Source: a virus. Taken from it: 64,000 bases of DNA. Made by a program: the position numbers and the translations under genes. The stretch is from IMG/VR virus record IMGVR_UViG_3300023235_000012, positions 32,001 through 96,000 of that record; one strand, written 5' to 3'. Shown piece by piece: positions 38,354 to 48,109 of this stretch (the first letter of the stretch is position 1; each line of letters begins with the position of its first letter). The notes under the pieces were generated by a model. That model searched no databases and was not told the origin of the DNA. It was given only the letters and a program-made list of their open reading frames with translations.

Positions 38354-39287
38354 TGTTCTGTCCTTTCAAAACGCTTGGGGTCCAGATCGAATCAAGTTTT
38401 GCCAGGCTTTCAAATCGCCCAGGGACTGCTTCGAGATAGGCTGGATTGTATCGCTTAAAGGCTGTTCGAGACATCCTTTTTTCAACCTTATCATAAACAT
38501 CAGCTGATCTTCGATCACTTATCGCCGTATCTTTGTTCATGAACGACATCAACATGATATCCCATTCGAGATATGAACAGCCGAACTGTGCTTCGTCACC
38601 GTCATTAATCCCAAGACCGTCGGTTGGTTTAGCCGTATAAACTGACTCTGGAACACCCATCATCTTTGCGATGACTGGCACTTCCCATGACTTCCAAAGA
38701 GATTGGATTGGACTGAGATCACCAACGTCTCCGTGTAGAGTCCAGAAACCTGCAGCCAATTCACTAAAATTATCAGTTGATGCAACCAGGCCCCGTTCAG
38801 CATGTGCTACATTATATAGTGTGATCATTCGAAGTCGAGCTCTAATATTCCCGGTACGAATTTTTTCGTCGTCAGTCATTGGATTAATGTGCACCAATCG
38901 ATCAGACAAAAGCTGCGCTTCACTGGTCAAATCAATCGTTTCGAATGGAATCTCAAGAGCATCACAAACTTCAACACCACGTTCGGTTTCGACCGGATCT
39001 TGATTGATTGGAAGCAATAAACCCTTGACTTTCCATCCTGCTTCTTTAAACAGCGCGGCTACCAGAGCCGAATCAACACCACCAGAAACGCCAAGAACTG
39101 CAACGTCGATACCTGATTGTTTTCGATAATCAACCAGATCCTCGATCAATTTGATCGAGGTCAGTCTTAATTCTGTTTCTTGAATGAATCCACCACTTGC
39201 GATTAGCTTTTTCAATTGGCTATCGAACCACGGTGAAAGTTCTGCGATGGTATCTTGACGAGATACCTTAAGGATTGTATTTTTCAT
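38346..39287 (-). CDS. nadE: NH3-dependent NAD+ synthetase
   Basis: GVSGGVDS, NIRARLRM..LY, TDN.SE...GF.T..GD, PTDGL...DE. Confidence 0.92.
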   Translation of the reverse strand: MKNTILKVSRQDTIAELSPWFDSQLKKLIASGGFIQETELRLTSIKLIEDLVDYRKQSGIDVAVLGVSGGVDSALVAALFKEAGWKVKGLLLPINQDPVETERGVEVCDALEIPFETIDLTSEAQLLSDRLVHINPMTDDEKIRTGNIRARLRMITLYNVAHAERGLVASTDNFSELAAGFWTLHGDVGDLSPIQSLWKSWEVPVIAKMMGVPESVYTAKPTDGLGINDGDEAQFGCSYLEWDIMLMSFMNKDTAISDRRSADVYDKVEKRMSRTAFKRYNPAYLEAVPGRFESLAKLDSIWTPSVLKGQNND

Positions 39288-39386
39288 TGTATCACCTCAC
39301 TTTCATGGGTTTAAATACATTTGCTGTGACCAATCGATCCAACTTAAAGCAAAATGACTTTATGTCTATCTTGCCTTTTATTTATA

Positions 39387-39572
39387 CTAAATCTTCTCTT
39401 GATTGTCAATATTTTTCTTTGCATCTTCGTTGAGAAGCTTAGCAACCCGTTCTGCAGCTGGAATGTTGTATTCTGCGACCGCAGATACCACGCGCCCCAC
39501 GAAACCATTTGCGATTTCGAATTCGATCTTTTCATTTTCTTCGCCGTAAACTATCAACTTATCCATTTTCAT
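39387..39572 (-). CDS. hypothetical protein leading the NAD cluster
   Basis: ORF after promoter TTGACT-N16-TATAAT (about 39599-39626). Confidence 0.55.
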   Translation of the reverse strand: MKMDKLIVYGEENEKIEFEIANGFVGRVVSAVAEYNIPAAERVAKLLNEDAKKNIDNQEKI

Positions 39573-39629
39573 ACCTTCTTATTTCTTTATCATAATTAAT
39601 TATAACACGGTGCAAGAAAAAGTCAAGCA

Positions 39630-41177
39630 TTAAAAAGGAATGTCGTTAAATTCCCAGATATTTTCATCGTCACTGGAAAGGATGCTTTCGAATATATCCC
39701 GGACGTCTCCTACCTCATCGATGCTTTCAAGCATTATATCAAAGCCCCAGAGTCTACGTAGATGACGGATGGTTTCCTGAGCACTATCATTGTCTAATGG
39801 TATCTTGTCAATCATAGTATGTTCCAGAAATAGAGTCCTATCACCATCAATGGCGAAATCAGTAATCTGAATATCCGGGATGGAACGATTGATTTCATAT
39901 TGTTGAGAAAGATTCTTACGGATTTTAATGTAGCCGTCTTGATCTTGGATATTGGTTACCAGATAATTTTCATCTTCTTCATCTTTTAAGACGAAAAGTT
40001 TCAAATCTCTGATGACTTTGGGACTTAGATATTGTAGGACGAAGCTAGAATCTTTGAAGTTTTCCATTGCGTATTTTATTTCTGTAAGCCAATCTCCACC
40101 GGTGATATCAGGGAACCATTTTTTATCTTCGTCTGTTGGGTTATCACACATCCTCTTGATGTCCATAAAGATCGAAAATCCCAGGTAATATGGATTTAAT
40201 CCAGAATAACGTTGATCATCAAAATCTGGCTGGAATAGAACCGACGTATGACTATGCATAAATTCAAGCATATGTCCATCATCAAGAAAACCTTGTTCCC
40301 ATAATTCATTCATCAAAGTATAATGCCAGAAACTCGCCCATCCTTCGTTCATCACTTTTGTCTGCATTTGAGGATAAAAATATTGACTTGTCTTGCGGAC
40401 TATTCGGATAATTTCTCGCTGCCAATTCTTCAAAAGAGGAGCATTCTTTTCTAGAAAATAGAGGATATTTTCTTGTTTCTCTTCGAGGAAGGGTTTATAA
40501 ACCTTTCCGTTTGGGTCTTTGTTCTTCGATTGCGGCAATGTCTTCCAAAGATCATCAACTGATCGTTGTCTGTACTCTTCTCTTTCGTGAAGACGTTCGA
40601 GCTCTTTCTCTTTGGATTGTCTTTTTGGCTTATGATAGCGATCTACTCCAAAGAATTGCAAAGCATGGCAAGAATCAAGAACCTTTTCTACTGCTTCTAA
40701 ACCATACTTCTCTTCGCATTTTGTGATATATTTTTTAGCAAAAATCAGGTAGTCGATAATGGCCTCTGCGTCTGTCCACTCTTTGAATAGATAATTTCCC
40801 TTGAAGAAGCTATTGTGTCCGAAAGCTGCATGGGCAATAACCAAAGTCTGCATCACCATCGTATTCTCTTCCATCAGATAACTGATGCACGGGCTTGAGT
40901 TAATCACTATCTCATAGGCGAGGCCCATCCTACCACGACGGTAATTATTTTCTGTCTGGGTGAAATTTTTACCAAAAGACCAATGGAAATAGAACACTGG
41001 CATTCCATGACTAGTATAAGCATCCATCATCTGTTCAGAGGAAATAACCTCCAACTGATTTGGATAGCAGTCAAGTCCAAATTTTTCGACTGCTATTTTT
41101 TCGATGATGGTCGTCACTTCATTTAGCCGATCAAAATTCCAATCATTATCGTCCCAAAGTTTTTTGCTCTGTTTCAT
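39630..41177 (-). CDS. ycgB: SpoVR/YcgB family protein
   Basis: HWSFGK, GLAYEIVINS.PC, AHA.FGHNSFFK, YFYPQ.QTKVMNEGWA. Confidence 0.95.
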   Translation of the reverse strand: MKQSKKLWDDNDWNFDRLNEVTTIIEKIAVEKFGLDCYPNQLEVISSEQMMDAYTSHGMPVFYFHWSFGKNFTQTENNYRRGRMGLAYEIVINSSPCISYLMEENTMVMQTLVIAHAAFGHNSFFKGNYLFKEWTDAEAIIDYLIFAKKYITKCEEKYGLEAVEKVLDSCHALQFFGVDRYHKPKRQSKEKELERLHEREEYRQRSVDDLWKTLPQSKNKDPNGKVYKPFLEEKQENILYFLEKNAPLLKNWQREIIRIVRKTSQYFYPQMQTKVMNEGWASFWHYTLMNELWEQGFLDDGHMLEFMHSHTSVLFQPDFDDQRYSGLNPYYLGFSIFMDIKRMCDNPTDEDKKWFPDITGGDWLTEIKYAMENFKDSSFVLQYLSPKVIRDLKLFVLKDEEDENYLVTNIQDQDGYIKIRKNLSQQYEINRSIPDIQITDFAIDGDRTLFLEHTMIDKIPLDNDSAQETIRHLRRLWGFDIMLESIDEVGDVRDIFESILSSDDENIWEFNDIPF

Positions 41178-41211
41178 TTTTTACCTTTTGTGACTGCATA
41201 AGAAATTAAGT

Positions 41212-42465
41212 TCAAGAAAATAGTTCTCTGAAAACCGGATAGATTTCATTCGGTCCGTTAATTTTTTTCATCTTGAAATTTTTAAATCTTCCCATCATCT
41301 TTTCAAAGCTTTGCCAGAGCTCTTTTTCTCCAAAGGTACCAAACATAAATGAGTCATCATCTTGTTCTAATTGGATATAAGCATAATATTGGACAAGAGG
41401 CATAATAGTTTCAGATAGTAACTCTTCACATTGAGCCGAATCGTTTATCCAGTTATCTCCATCCGATGCTTGAGCAAAATACAAATTCCAATCTGATGAC
41501 GGGTAACGTTTTTGAATAATTTCATGAGCTAATTTCAATGCTGTACTGGCGACGGTACCGCCTGATTCTTTCGAATGGAAAAACTCCTGTTCATCTACTT
41601 CTTTAGCACTATGAGTGTGGCGAATGAAGACAATTTCGATCTTTTCGTATTTTCGCTGTAAGAAAAGGTATAGAAGAATAAAGAATCTCTTGGCGAGATC
41701 TTTTTCATATTCTCCCATTGAGGCACTGACGTCCATGATACAAAACATCGCAGCTTTTGTAGTTGGATCTGGTTTATTTTCAAAAGAATTGAAACGTAAA
41801 TCAACATCATCTATGAACGGTACCTTTTCTCTTAGATCTTTGAGTTCTTCTAATTTCTTTTTAAGTTCTTTAGAAGAAGGATCTTTTTTAATCAACAACT
41901 CGATTTTTTCAATTTCATCATCGAACGCTGCTTGTAAAGCGATCTTGCGAGCTAGCGCTTGCTTCATTGATCTCAAAACATTCAGATTAGATGGATTTCC
42001 TACTGGAGTAAAACCTGATCTCTTTAGTTTCTGGACTTCAATGTCTTTAAGTTGAGTTTTTATTAGATCGGGTAACTCAAGATCTTCGAAGAAGAATTCT
42101 AAGAATTCTTCTCTACTGATGTTGAAGACAAAATCATCTTCACCTTCTCCATCGGATGATCCTTCTCTTCCACCTGCACCACCACATGGTGGACGTTGGA
42201 TTTCATCTCCGACAATGTGTTTTTTGTTTCCGGGGAGGACGTGATCTTTCTTTCCTCCCTTACCGTTTTGGAAGCTAGGCTCTTTAATTCCTTTAGAAGG
42301 GATCTTGATTTTATCACCCGAACCGATATCTTTGATGCTTCGTTCAGAAACGATCTGATCGACTCTTTCTTTGATTACAGCTTTGGAACGTTTGATAAAG
42401 CGTTGTCGGTTGGAAGAACTTTTGTTCTTGCCGTTTTTACGTCGATCGATTATAATTGATGACAC
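41212..42465 (-). CDS. yeaH: YeaH/YhbH (UPF0229, vWA) protein
   Basis: IIDRR.N.KNKS..NRQRF, MDVSASM, ESGGT, QASDGDNW. Confidence 0.95.
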   Translation of the reverse strand: MSSIIIDRRKNGKNKSSSNRQRFIKRSKAVIKERVDQIVSERSIKDIGSGDKIKIPSKGIKEPSFQNGKGGKKDHVLPGNKKHIVGDEIQRPPCGGAGGREGSSDGEGEDDFVFNISREEFLEFFFEDLELPDLIKTQLKDIEVQKLKRSGFTPVGNPSNLNVLRSMKQALARKIALQAAFDDEIEKIELLIKKDPSSKELKKKLEELKDLREKVPFIDDVDLRFNSFENKPDPTTKAAMFCIMDVSASMGEYEKDLAKRFFILLYLFLQRKYEKIEIVFIRHTHSAKEVDEQEFFHSKESGGTVASTALKLAHEIIQKRYPSSDWNLYFAQASDGDNWINDSAQCEELLSETIMPLVQYYAYIQLEQDDDSFMFGTFGEKELWQSFEKMMGRFKNFKMKKINGPNEIYPVFRELFS

Positions 42466-42474
42466 GTTAGCTCC

Positions 42475-44415
42475 TTATGTCGATTTTTTCACGCGCATAT
42501 ACCATTCGACTAAGAGACGAGTCTGTCTCTCTGTATAACCCTTTTCCTTCATTCGTTCAACAAAATCTTTGTGCTTCTTTTCATCGTCTTCGCTTGACTT
42601 CGAACCAAAGCTAATCACTGGAAGAATGTTTTCAGTTGAACTAAACATCTTCTTCTCAATTACTTCGCGAAGCTTTTCATATGACGTCCATTTTGGATTC
42701 TTGCCTTTGTTTTTGGCGCGGAACCGTAGAGCGAAATTAACCACTTCGCCACGAAAGTCTTTTGGATTAGCGATTCCAGCAGATTTTTCAATTTTCTCTA
42801 GTTCGTCATTTAATGCAGAACGTTCAAACATTTCACCGGTATCATGATCCTTATAATCTTTATCATCAATCCAGTGATCAGCATAATCAATGTAACGATC
42901 AAACAAATTCTGTCCGTATTCTGAATAGCTTTCGAGATAAGCAATTTGAATTTCTTTACCGATATATTCTGCATATTTGTCTTTGAGATATTCGTTAAGG
43001 AAGCCGATGTATTGTTCTTCGGTTTCCGTCGAGAATTGTTCCTTGATTATACTTTCTTCTAAAACTCGCAAAAGATGTACTGGATTAGCACCAATCTCTT
43101 CTGGATCATAATTGAACACCTTTGACAAAATTTTGAACGCAAAGCGAGTTGACAATCCTGACATACCTTCATCAACACCACCTACGTCTCGGTATTCTGA
43201 GATTGACTTAGCTCGAGGATCAACGTCTTTCAAATTTTCACCATCATAAATTCTCATCTTCGAAAATAAACTGCTATTTTCTGGAATCTTGAGGCGGGAT
43301 AAAATGGCCATCTGTGCCATCATCTCTAATGTCTTTGGCGTGCAGGGAGCGTTCGCCAGAGAAGAGCTTGCCAACAGCTTTTCGTAGATCTCCTGCTCTT
43401 CAGTTGTCCGCAAGCAATAGGGAACCTTGACGATGTAAATACGGTCGAGAAAGGCTTCATTGTTTTTGTTGTTTCTAAACGTCGTCCATTCTGATTCATT
43501 CGAGTGGGCCAGGATCACACCATGAAAAGGAATAGCACCAATGTTTTCAGTTCCGATATAATTCCCTTCTTGTGTCGCCGTGAGTAACGGATGCAATACC
43601 TTGATCGGGGCTTTGAACATTTCCACGAATTCCAATACCCCTTGGTTTGCCCGGCATAGCCCACCATCATAAGAATAGCAATCCGGGTCATTCTGTGCGA
43701 ATTTGTTCAATTTTCTGATATCAACCTTACCAACCAAGGCACTGATATCCTGGTTATTCTCATCACCTGGTTCAGTCTTTGAGATTGCAATCTGATTAAG
43801 CTTAGATGGATTCAAACGAACCACCTTGAACTTGCTGATATCACCATCAAAATCTTCACGAAGCCTCTTGTTCGCCCATGGACTCATTAGTCCATTTAGG
43901 TATCGACTTGGAATATTATATTCTTTCTCGAGTCGATCGGTCCATTGTTCAGGATCGAATAGCCCTAGCGGACTTTCGAAAATGGGACTAGTGGAGTCGT
44001 CTGTCGCCAGAGCATAAATTGGAAAACTTTCAGCCAAAGATTTGATTCTTTCTGCGAGGCTTGATTTTCCTCCACCGACTGGCCCTAGGAGATAGAGGAT
44101 CTGCTTCTTTTCTTCGAGTCCTTGTGCTGCGTGCTTGAAATAACCGACGATCTGTTCAACAGTGTCTTCCATCCCGTAGAAATCTTTGAAGGAAGGATAA
44201 ACCTTAATGGTCCGATTATTAAAGACGCGACTAAATCGAGCGTCGTCGCTGGTGTCTACCATTTCTGGTTCACCAATAGCTTTCAACATTCTTTCTGCTG
44301 CTGTTGCGTAGGTTGATGGGTCTTCTTTGCACAGCTTTAAATATTCCTGTATTGTAAGTTCTTCTTGCTTCTTAGTATCATAGTGACTCTTGAAATCTTG
44401 AAAGATATTGGTCAT
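42475..44415 (-). CDS. yeaG: PrkA/YeaG AAA+ ATPase (annotated Ser kinase)
   Basis: LLGPVGGGKSS, EPGDENNQDIS.LVG, EFVEMFKAPIK.LHPLL, EAFLDRI. Confidence 0.96.
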   Translation of the reverse strand: MTNIFQDFKSHYDTKKQEELTIQEYLKLCKEDPSTYATAAERMLKAIGEPEMVDTSDDARFSRVFNNRTIKVYPSFKDFYGMEDTVEQIVGYFKHAAQGLEEKKQILYLLGPVGGGKSSLAERIKSLAESFPIYALATDDSTSPIFESPLGLFDPEQWTDRLEKEYNIPSRYLNGLMSPWANKRLREDFDGDISKFKVVRLNPSKLNQIAISKTEPGDENNQDISALVGKVDIRKLNKFAQNDPDCYSYDGGLCRANQGVLEFVEMFKAPIKVLHPLLTATQEGNYIGTENIGAIPFHGVILAHSNESEWTTFRNNKNNEAFLDRIYIVKVPYCLRTTEEQEIYEKLLASSSLANAPCTPKTLEMMAQMAILSRLKIPENSSLFSKMRIYDGENLKDVDPRAKSISEYRDVGGVDEGMSGLSTRFAFKILSKVFNYDPEEIGANPVHLLRVLEESIIKEQFSTETEEQYIGFLNEYLKDKYAEYIGKEIQIAYLESYSEYGQNLFDRYIDYADHWIDDKDYKDHDTGEMFERSALNDELEKIEKSAGIANPKDFRGEVVNFALRFRAKNKGKNPKWTSYEKLREVIEKKMFSSTENILPVISFGSKSSEDDEKKHKDFVERMKEKGYTERQTRLLVEWYMRVKKST

Positions 44416-44453
44416 CTTTTCTCCATTCGGTCTTTAAATTAATTCATTTCTAT

Positions 44454-45227
44454 TTAGTCGCCTAAGTCAGCGACCCGACGCTCAATTTCTTTTTCTATTG
44501 TAGAATAAAGATCCGGGTCGAATCTTTCATCTTTTGGATTTAATGAATCCATATTATCACACATCCAGACGAAATAACCGGTCGGAATGTCTTTCAACAG
44601 TTTTCCTTTATGTTTTCCAAAAGGAAATCGGGCGAATACATATCGCTGCCAACAGAGATCAATCAATTCTTCATCAGATAAATCTTCGTAGTCATTCTTA
44701 CGAAGTTGATTGAATAATCGCAAAGCCATCCATACATCAGCTTCTGCGCGGTGGACTGTATCTGCTTCTGGAACATCCAGATTGAAAAACTCAATAGCCG
44801 CTGGAAGATTCGTGTATTTTAGGCGAGGTTTGTGTCCGTGAGCCCGTCGCAACAGTCGATTGGTACAGAGCCAATTTTCTCTAGAAAGCCATTCGGTGTC
44901 TTTTTCGGTTAGGCCGGCGAAATCAAGGTTGTTTCGAATAACTGGCATGTCGTACGGTGCGTGATGAGCGACGTATATTGGGTTATCTCCTGGACGGAGA
45001 AGCTTAATCACATCTTCGATTTTTTCAAAGAAAGTAGGTTGATCTTTAACCATTTCCTCATCAATACCTGTCAATTTCTGTACGTTTTCTGGAATACCTT
45101 CAACCGGGCGAAGAAGAAACGATTCCATTGTCTCTGTCTCTACATCACAAACGGCGATCTCAATAATCTCAGCTGTCTTCACGTTAAGACCGGTCGTTTC
45201 GGTGTCTACTACCAGGATAGGTCGCAT
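44454..45227 (-). CDS. DEDDh 3'-5' exonuclease with FPFGKHKG tail (ExoX-like)
   Basis: DTETTG, AHH..YD, HRAEAD, FPFGKHKG. Confidence 0.88.
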   Translation of the reverse strand: MRPILVVDTETTGLNVKTAEIIEIAVCDVETETMESFLLRPVEGIPENVQKLTGIDEEMVKDQPTFFEKIEDVIKLLRPGDNPIYVAHHAPYDMPVIRNNLDFAGLTEKDTEWLSRENWLCTNRLLRRAHGHKPRLKYTNLPAAIEFFNLDVPEADTVHRAEADVWMALRLFNQLRKNDYEDLSDEELIDLCWQRYVFARFPFGKHKGKLLKDIPTGYFVWMCDNMDSLNPKDERFDPDLYSTIEKEIERRVADLGD

Positions 45228-45451
45228 CGTCGACTCCTTATTTTATCACGTCTTTTTGTATATAATGTTTCAATATTTCTAAAAAACACAAGAGTCCAAA
45301 GATGTTCTTGAAAAGATACAGACCAGATTCCGCCTATTTCTTTTCTATTTATCATCGCTATTCTTTCTTTGTAAGTTTTTTCATTGCAATATAAAAACCA
45401 AATTAAAAACAATATTAGGCTAGAAAGAACGACCACCCAAAAGAAAAACAT
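45209..45451 (-). CDS. small membrane protein
   Basis: N-terminal hydrophobic helix. Confidence 0.55.
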   Translation of the reverse strand: MFFFWVVVLSSLILFLIWFLYCNEKTYKERIAMINRKEIGGIWSVSFQEHLWTLVFFRNIETLYTKRRDKIRSRRCDLSW

Positions 45452-45619
45452 TCAACACTGCTCCTCGATTTCAGTTTCAAAACCAAGCTCTTCAAGAAGA
45501 GCTTGCAACGCTAAGGTCCCATTGTCTTCTTCATTATGATTCCACGAAAATCTTTTCTCATTTGGAAGTATGATTTCCCATCCATCATATTGTAATCCAA
45601 TCGTTATTTTTTCAGTCAT
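45452..45619 (-). CDS. small hypothetical protein (55 aa)
   Basis: Hand translation MTEKITIGLQYDGWE...EIEEQC; coupled to neighbours. Confidence 0.55.
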   Translation of the reverse strand: MTEKITIGLQYDGWEIILPNEKRFSWNHNEEDNGTLALQALLEELGFETEIEEQC

Positions 45620-46013
45620 TATTCAACACTCCTTTAATTATTTCTCTTGCTTGTTTTGGTTTGATAAGCTGACCATAAAGAGGAGCTGAAAGCTTCTTCG
45701 AAACAATCTTCAAGGCAGATTTTCGTTCGTGCCTGTTTCCATTTTCCATAAGCCATTTATATTCCGCTTGATGAGCTGGAATTTCTTCCTGGATTCTGAA
45801 GACCGGATCTTCGATGTATCGTGCCCACCAACCTTCTACGTCGGGTTTTTGTCGGGCACCATGAATTTCTTCATGGGAGATGAGCTCGGCGGGAATATGA
45901 ATCCTATTCGGATTATAAATTTTGTCTCCCCATGCGAAGATAACAGTTTTAGTAATCGGAAAAACCTTTATCAATTCATCAAAATTTGGAGGATAGTCTT
46001 CAATTATTTTCAT
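45612..46013 (-). CDS. zincin-like HExxH protein
   Basis: HEEIH..Q ... E..A. Confidence 0.65.
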   Translation of the reverse strand: MKIIEDYPPNFDELIKVFPITKTVIFAWGDKIYNPNRIHIPAELISHEEIHGARQKPDVEGWWARYIEDPVFRIQEEIPAHQAEYKWLMENGNRHERKSALKIVSKKLSAPLYGQLIKPKQAREIIKGVLNND

Positions 46014-46315
46014 TCTTCTACAACTTGTGCCGTCAAAGGAAATTCACTTTGCCGAGCTAACATGATCGTTTCTGCTGCTTTTGTTTCGGCAATTTCCAGT
46101 GAAAAAGTTCCGGCAATGCCTTTACCTTTCTCGTGAATTTCTCGTGTGATGTTGAACGCCTCTGAATCGGTTTTATGGAAAACAAATGATAACAGACCAA
46201 TCACAAATGCCATAGTGGTATAGTCATCATTTAAAAGAATAACATGATAATTCTTTGGTTTTTGAACCTTCGATTTTGTTTTAGTCTTCTTATCTATTAC
46301 TGTTTCATCAGTCAT
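46010..46315 (-). CDS. clpS: Clp protease adaptor ClpS
   Basis: YHVILLNDDYTTMAFV, IHEKG.GIAG, EIAETK, FPL. Confidence 0.93.
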   Translation of the reverse strand: MTDETVIDKKTKTKSKVQKPKNYHVILLNDDYTTMAFVIGLLSFVFHKTDSEAFNITREIHEKGKGIAGTFSLEIAETKAAETIMLARQSEFPLTAQVVEE

Positions 46316-46389
46316 ATTTTCTCACTTTCTCACTTTCTATAATAGATAGTAACACTTGATTAGAAGAAAATCAATTATTTTCGTTATAA

Positions 46390-46554
46390 TTAAAAATCAT
46401 GCCAATCAGTTGGATTAAGACCTTGAGGTGCGCGGCGCTGTCTGTGTGCACAACTTCTACAAAATCTCCAACGATATCCGTTTGTATAATTATCATCTTC
46501 ATCGTATGGATGAATACCAAAAAAACATTTGAGATCTTCCCATATTTTTTTCAT
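46390..46554 (-). CDS. small C/H zinc-binding protein (54 aa)
   Basis: Hand translation MKKIWEDLKCFFGIHPY...FCRSC...DWHDF. Confidence 0.55.
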   Translation of the reverse strand: MKKIWEDLKCFFGIHPYDEDDNYTNGYRWRFCRSCAHRQRRAPQGLNPTDWHDF

Positions 46555-46587
46555 CTTGGGTGTTTCCTTTCTATAAGCTTCTTCGAA

Positions 46588-46622
46588 TCTAGTGTCTAGT
46601 GTCTAGTGTCTAGTGTCTAGTG
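46588..46622. repeat. perfect heptamer tandem repeat (TCTAGTG)x5
   Basis: Read directly from the sequence. Confidence 0.95.
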
Positions 46623-46695
46623 TATCGCCCATATCACAAATCCTTCTCGATGTTTTATTGTAATAACACGAACATCTTAGAAATCAAGAAGAAAA

Positions 46696-47193
46696 TTAGT
46701 CGTCTTTTTTATATTCGGCTCTAAGATCTTCTTTGTACTCTCGAATTAATATTATCTCATTGTTAAACTCTGGAAGATCGTCCACCTTAATGTCTCCGGC
46801 ATCATAACTGAAAGTAAGATGAGGCTTGTAATCTGGAAAATCAGAAGTCGCTTCATGCTCAGTCATAAGTGTTTGATTTCTTTCTTTGATTTCTGGGCAA
46901 TCAATTTTCAAAACAAGACAATTTGGATTTCCTTCGATATGAGTACTAGTCCAGATGTCAAACCTATCGGATTTAGCAGTGATCGGATATATATCCCGTG
47001 CAGCTTTATAGTTTGGGCACGGCTTCTTAGAATAAAGAAGAGTGATGTGTAGCTTCTCTGAAGTTAGTGCATTCTGAATCTTATTTTTATCCATATATTC
47101 TTTGATATGATCCAATGTTTCTTCTGCAAGATGGATTCCGACGAAAGTTCCCGGTTGTTCTGTTTCCATAATCAATAATTCCTTAATCTTCAT
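46696..47193 (-). CDS. 2H phosphoesterase, Acb1/T4 gp57B-like anti-CBASS nuclease
   Basis: EKLHITLLYS, DFPDYKPHLTFSY, REYKEDL; matches the T4 Acb1 layout as recalled. Confidence 0.85.
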   Translation of the reverse strand: MKIKELLIMETEQPGTFVGIHLAEETLDHIKEYMDKNKIQNALTSEKLHITLLYSKKPCPNYKAARDIYPITAKSDRFDIWTSTHIEGNPNCLVLKIDCPEIKERNQTLMTEHEATSDFPDYKPHLTFSYDAGDIKVDDLPEFNNEIILIREYKEDLRAEYKKDD

Positions 47194-47205
47194 TATTTTT
47201 CCTCG

Positions 47206-47865
47206 TTAACTAACGATACCTAATTCTTCTATGGTCAAGCGATTTCCAAATACAGCACCAGTATCAATAAATCTAGAATTACCAAGTTGTTTGGTTGACT
47301 GTAGCGGGGTATGTCCATGATACGTCATGAAGATATTCTTGATGATAAAGCTGTCATTGTGACTAATTTTTGAACGCGACCATAGAACATCATGTTCATA
47401 GGCAAATGGTTCTTCATGCAATTTTGACCAATCATCTACTGCGGGATCTGCATGCGTAATTCCTATTAAACCAGATAAGGTCTCGACCTCAAAAACTAAT
47501 GGCAAATTCTTAGCATATTCAAAACATCTTCGTATTTTTTCTTGATCAATATTAAGCATCCATTCTCCACCATTATGAACATGATGCTGGATTTTTTGTC
47601 CATATGCAGTCTCATCAATAATAGCGTCCATCATCATTAATTCATGATTCCCCATCACCGAATGAAACCATTCATTTTCTAATAATAACAAACATTCAAA
47701 AGATTTTGGACCCCGATCGACTAAATCACCAACAGAAAACATTCTGTCGACGCTTGAATCAAACGAAATCTCTTGTAATTTTTCGTTGAATAAATCAAGT
47801 TCACCATGGATATCCCCGACGACGAAATCTCGGCCGTCGATGTTTTGTCGAAAACGTTTTATCAT
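47206..47865 (-). CDS. Ser/Thr protein phosphatase (PphA/NinI-like metallophosphoesterase)
   Basis: GDIHG, GDLVDRG, GNHE, HGHTP, IDTG. Confidence 0.92.
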   Translation of the reverse strand: MIKRFRQNIDGRDFVVGDIHGELDLFNEKLQEISFDSSVDRMFSVGDLVDRGPKSFECLLLLENEWFHSVMGNHELMMMDAIIDETAYGQKIQHHVHNGGEWMLNIDQEKIRRCFEYAKNLPLVFEVETLSGLIGITHADPAVDDWSKLHEEPFAYEHDVLWSRSKISHNDSFIIKNIFMTYHGHTPLQSTKQLGNSRFIDTGAVFGNRLTIEELGIVS

Positions 47866-48109
47866 AGAAGATTTTCCAAGATGAACTCTTTCAAATCTTC
47901 AATAGTGTGACAGTTCTCTAATCGATCGAGTAAAAGTTCGCACCTTACACAATACTTTTTCAGTCCACTCTATCTGGGATTCGCATTGGATATATTTTTC
48001 ATTCATGATTAATTCCAGTTAATACAACAATATAAAAATGACAGGCGAAACAGCGAGCATCAGCAACACACAGGTGATCTTCATATCAATATCCCACCAC
48101 GGGTTGTAG

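Noticed and set aside
39345-39362. TAAAG-N8-CTTTA palindrome upstream of nadE as an NrtR/NadQ operator
   Set aside because: Only 5-bp AT-rich arms, and the spacing does not fit the GT-N7-AC core; likely chance.
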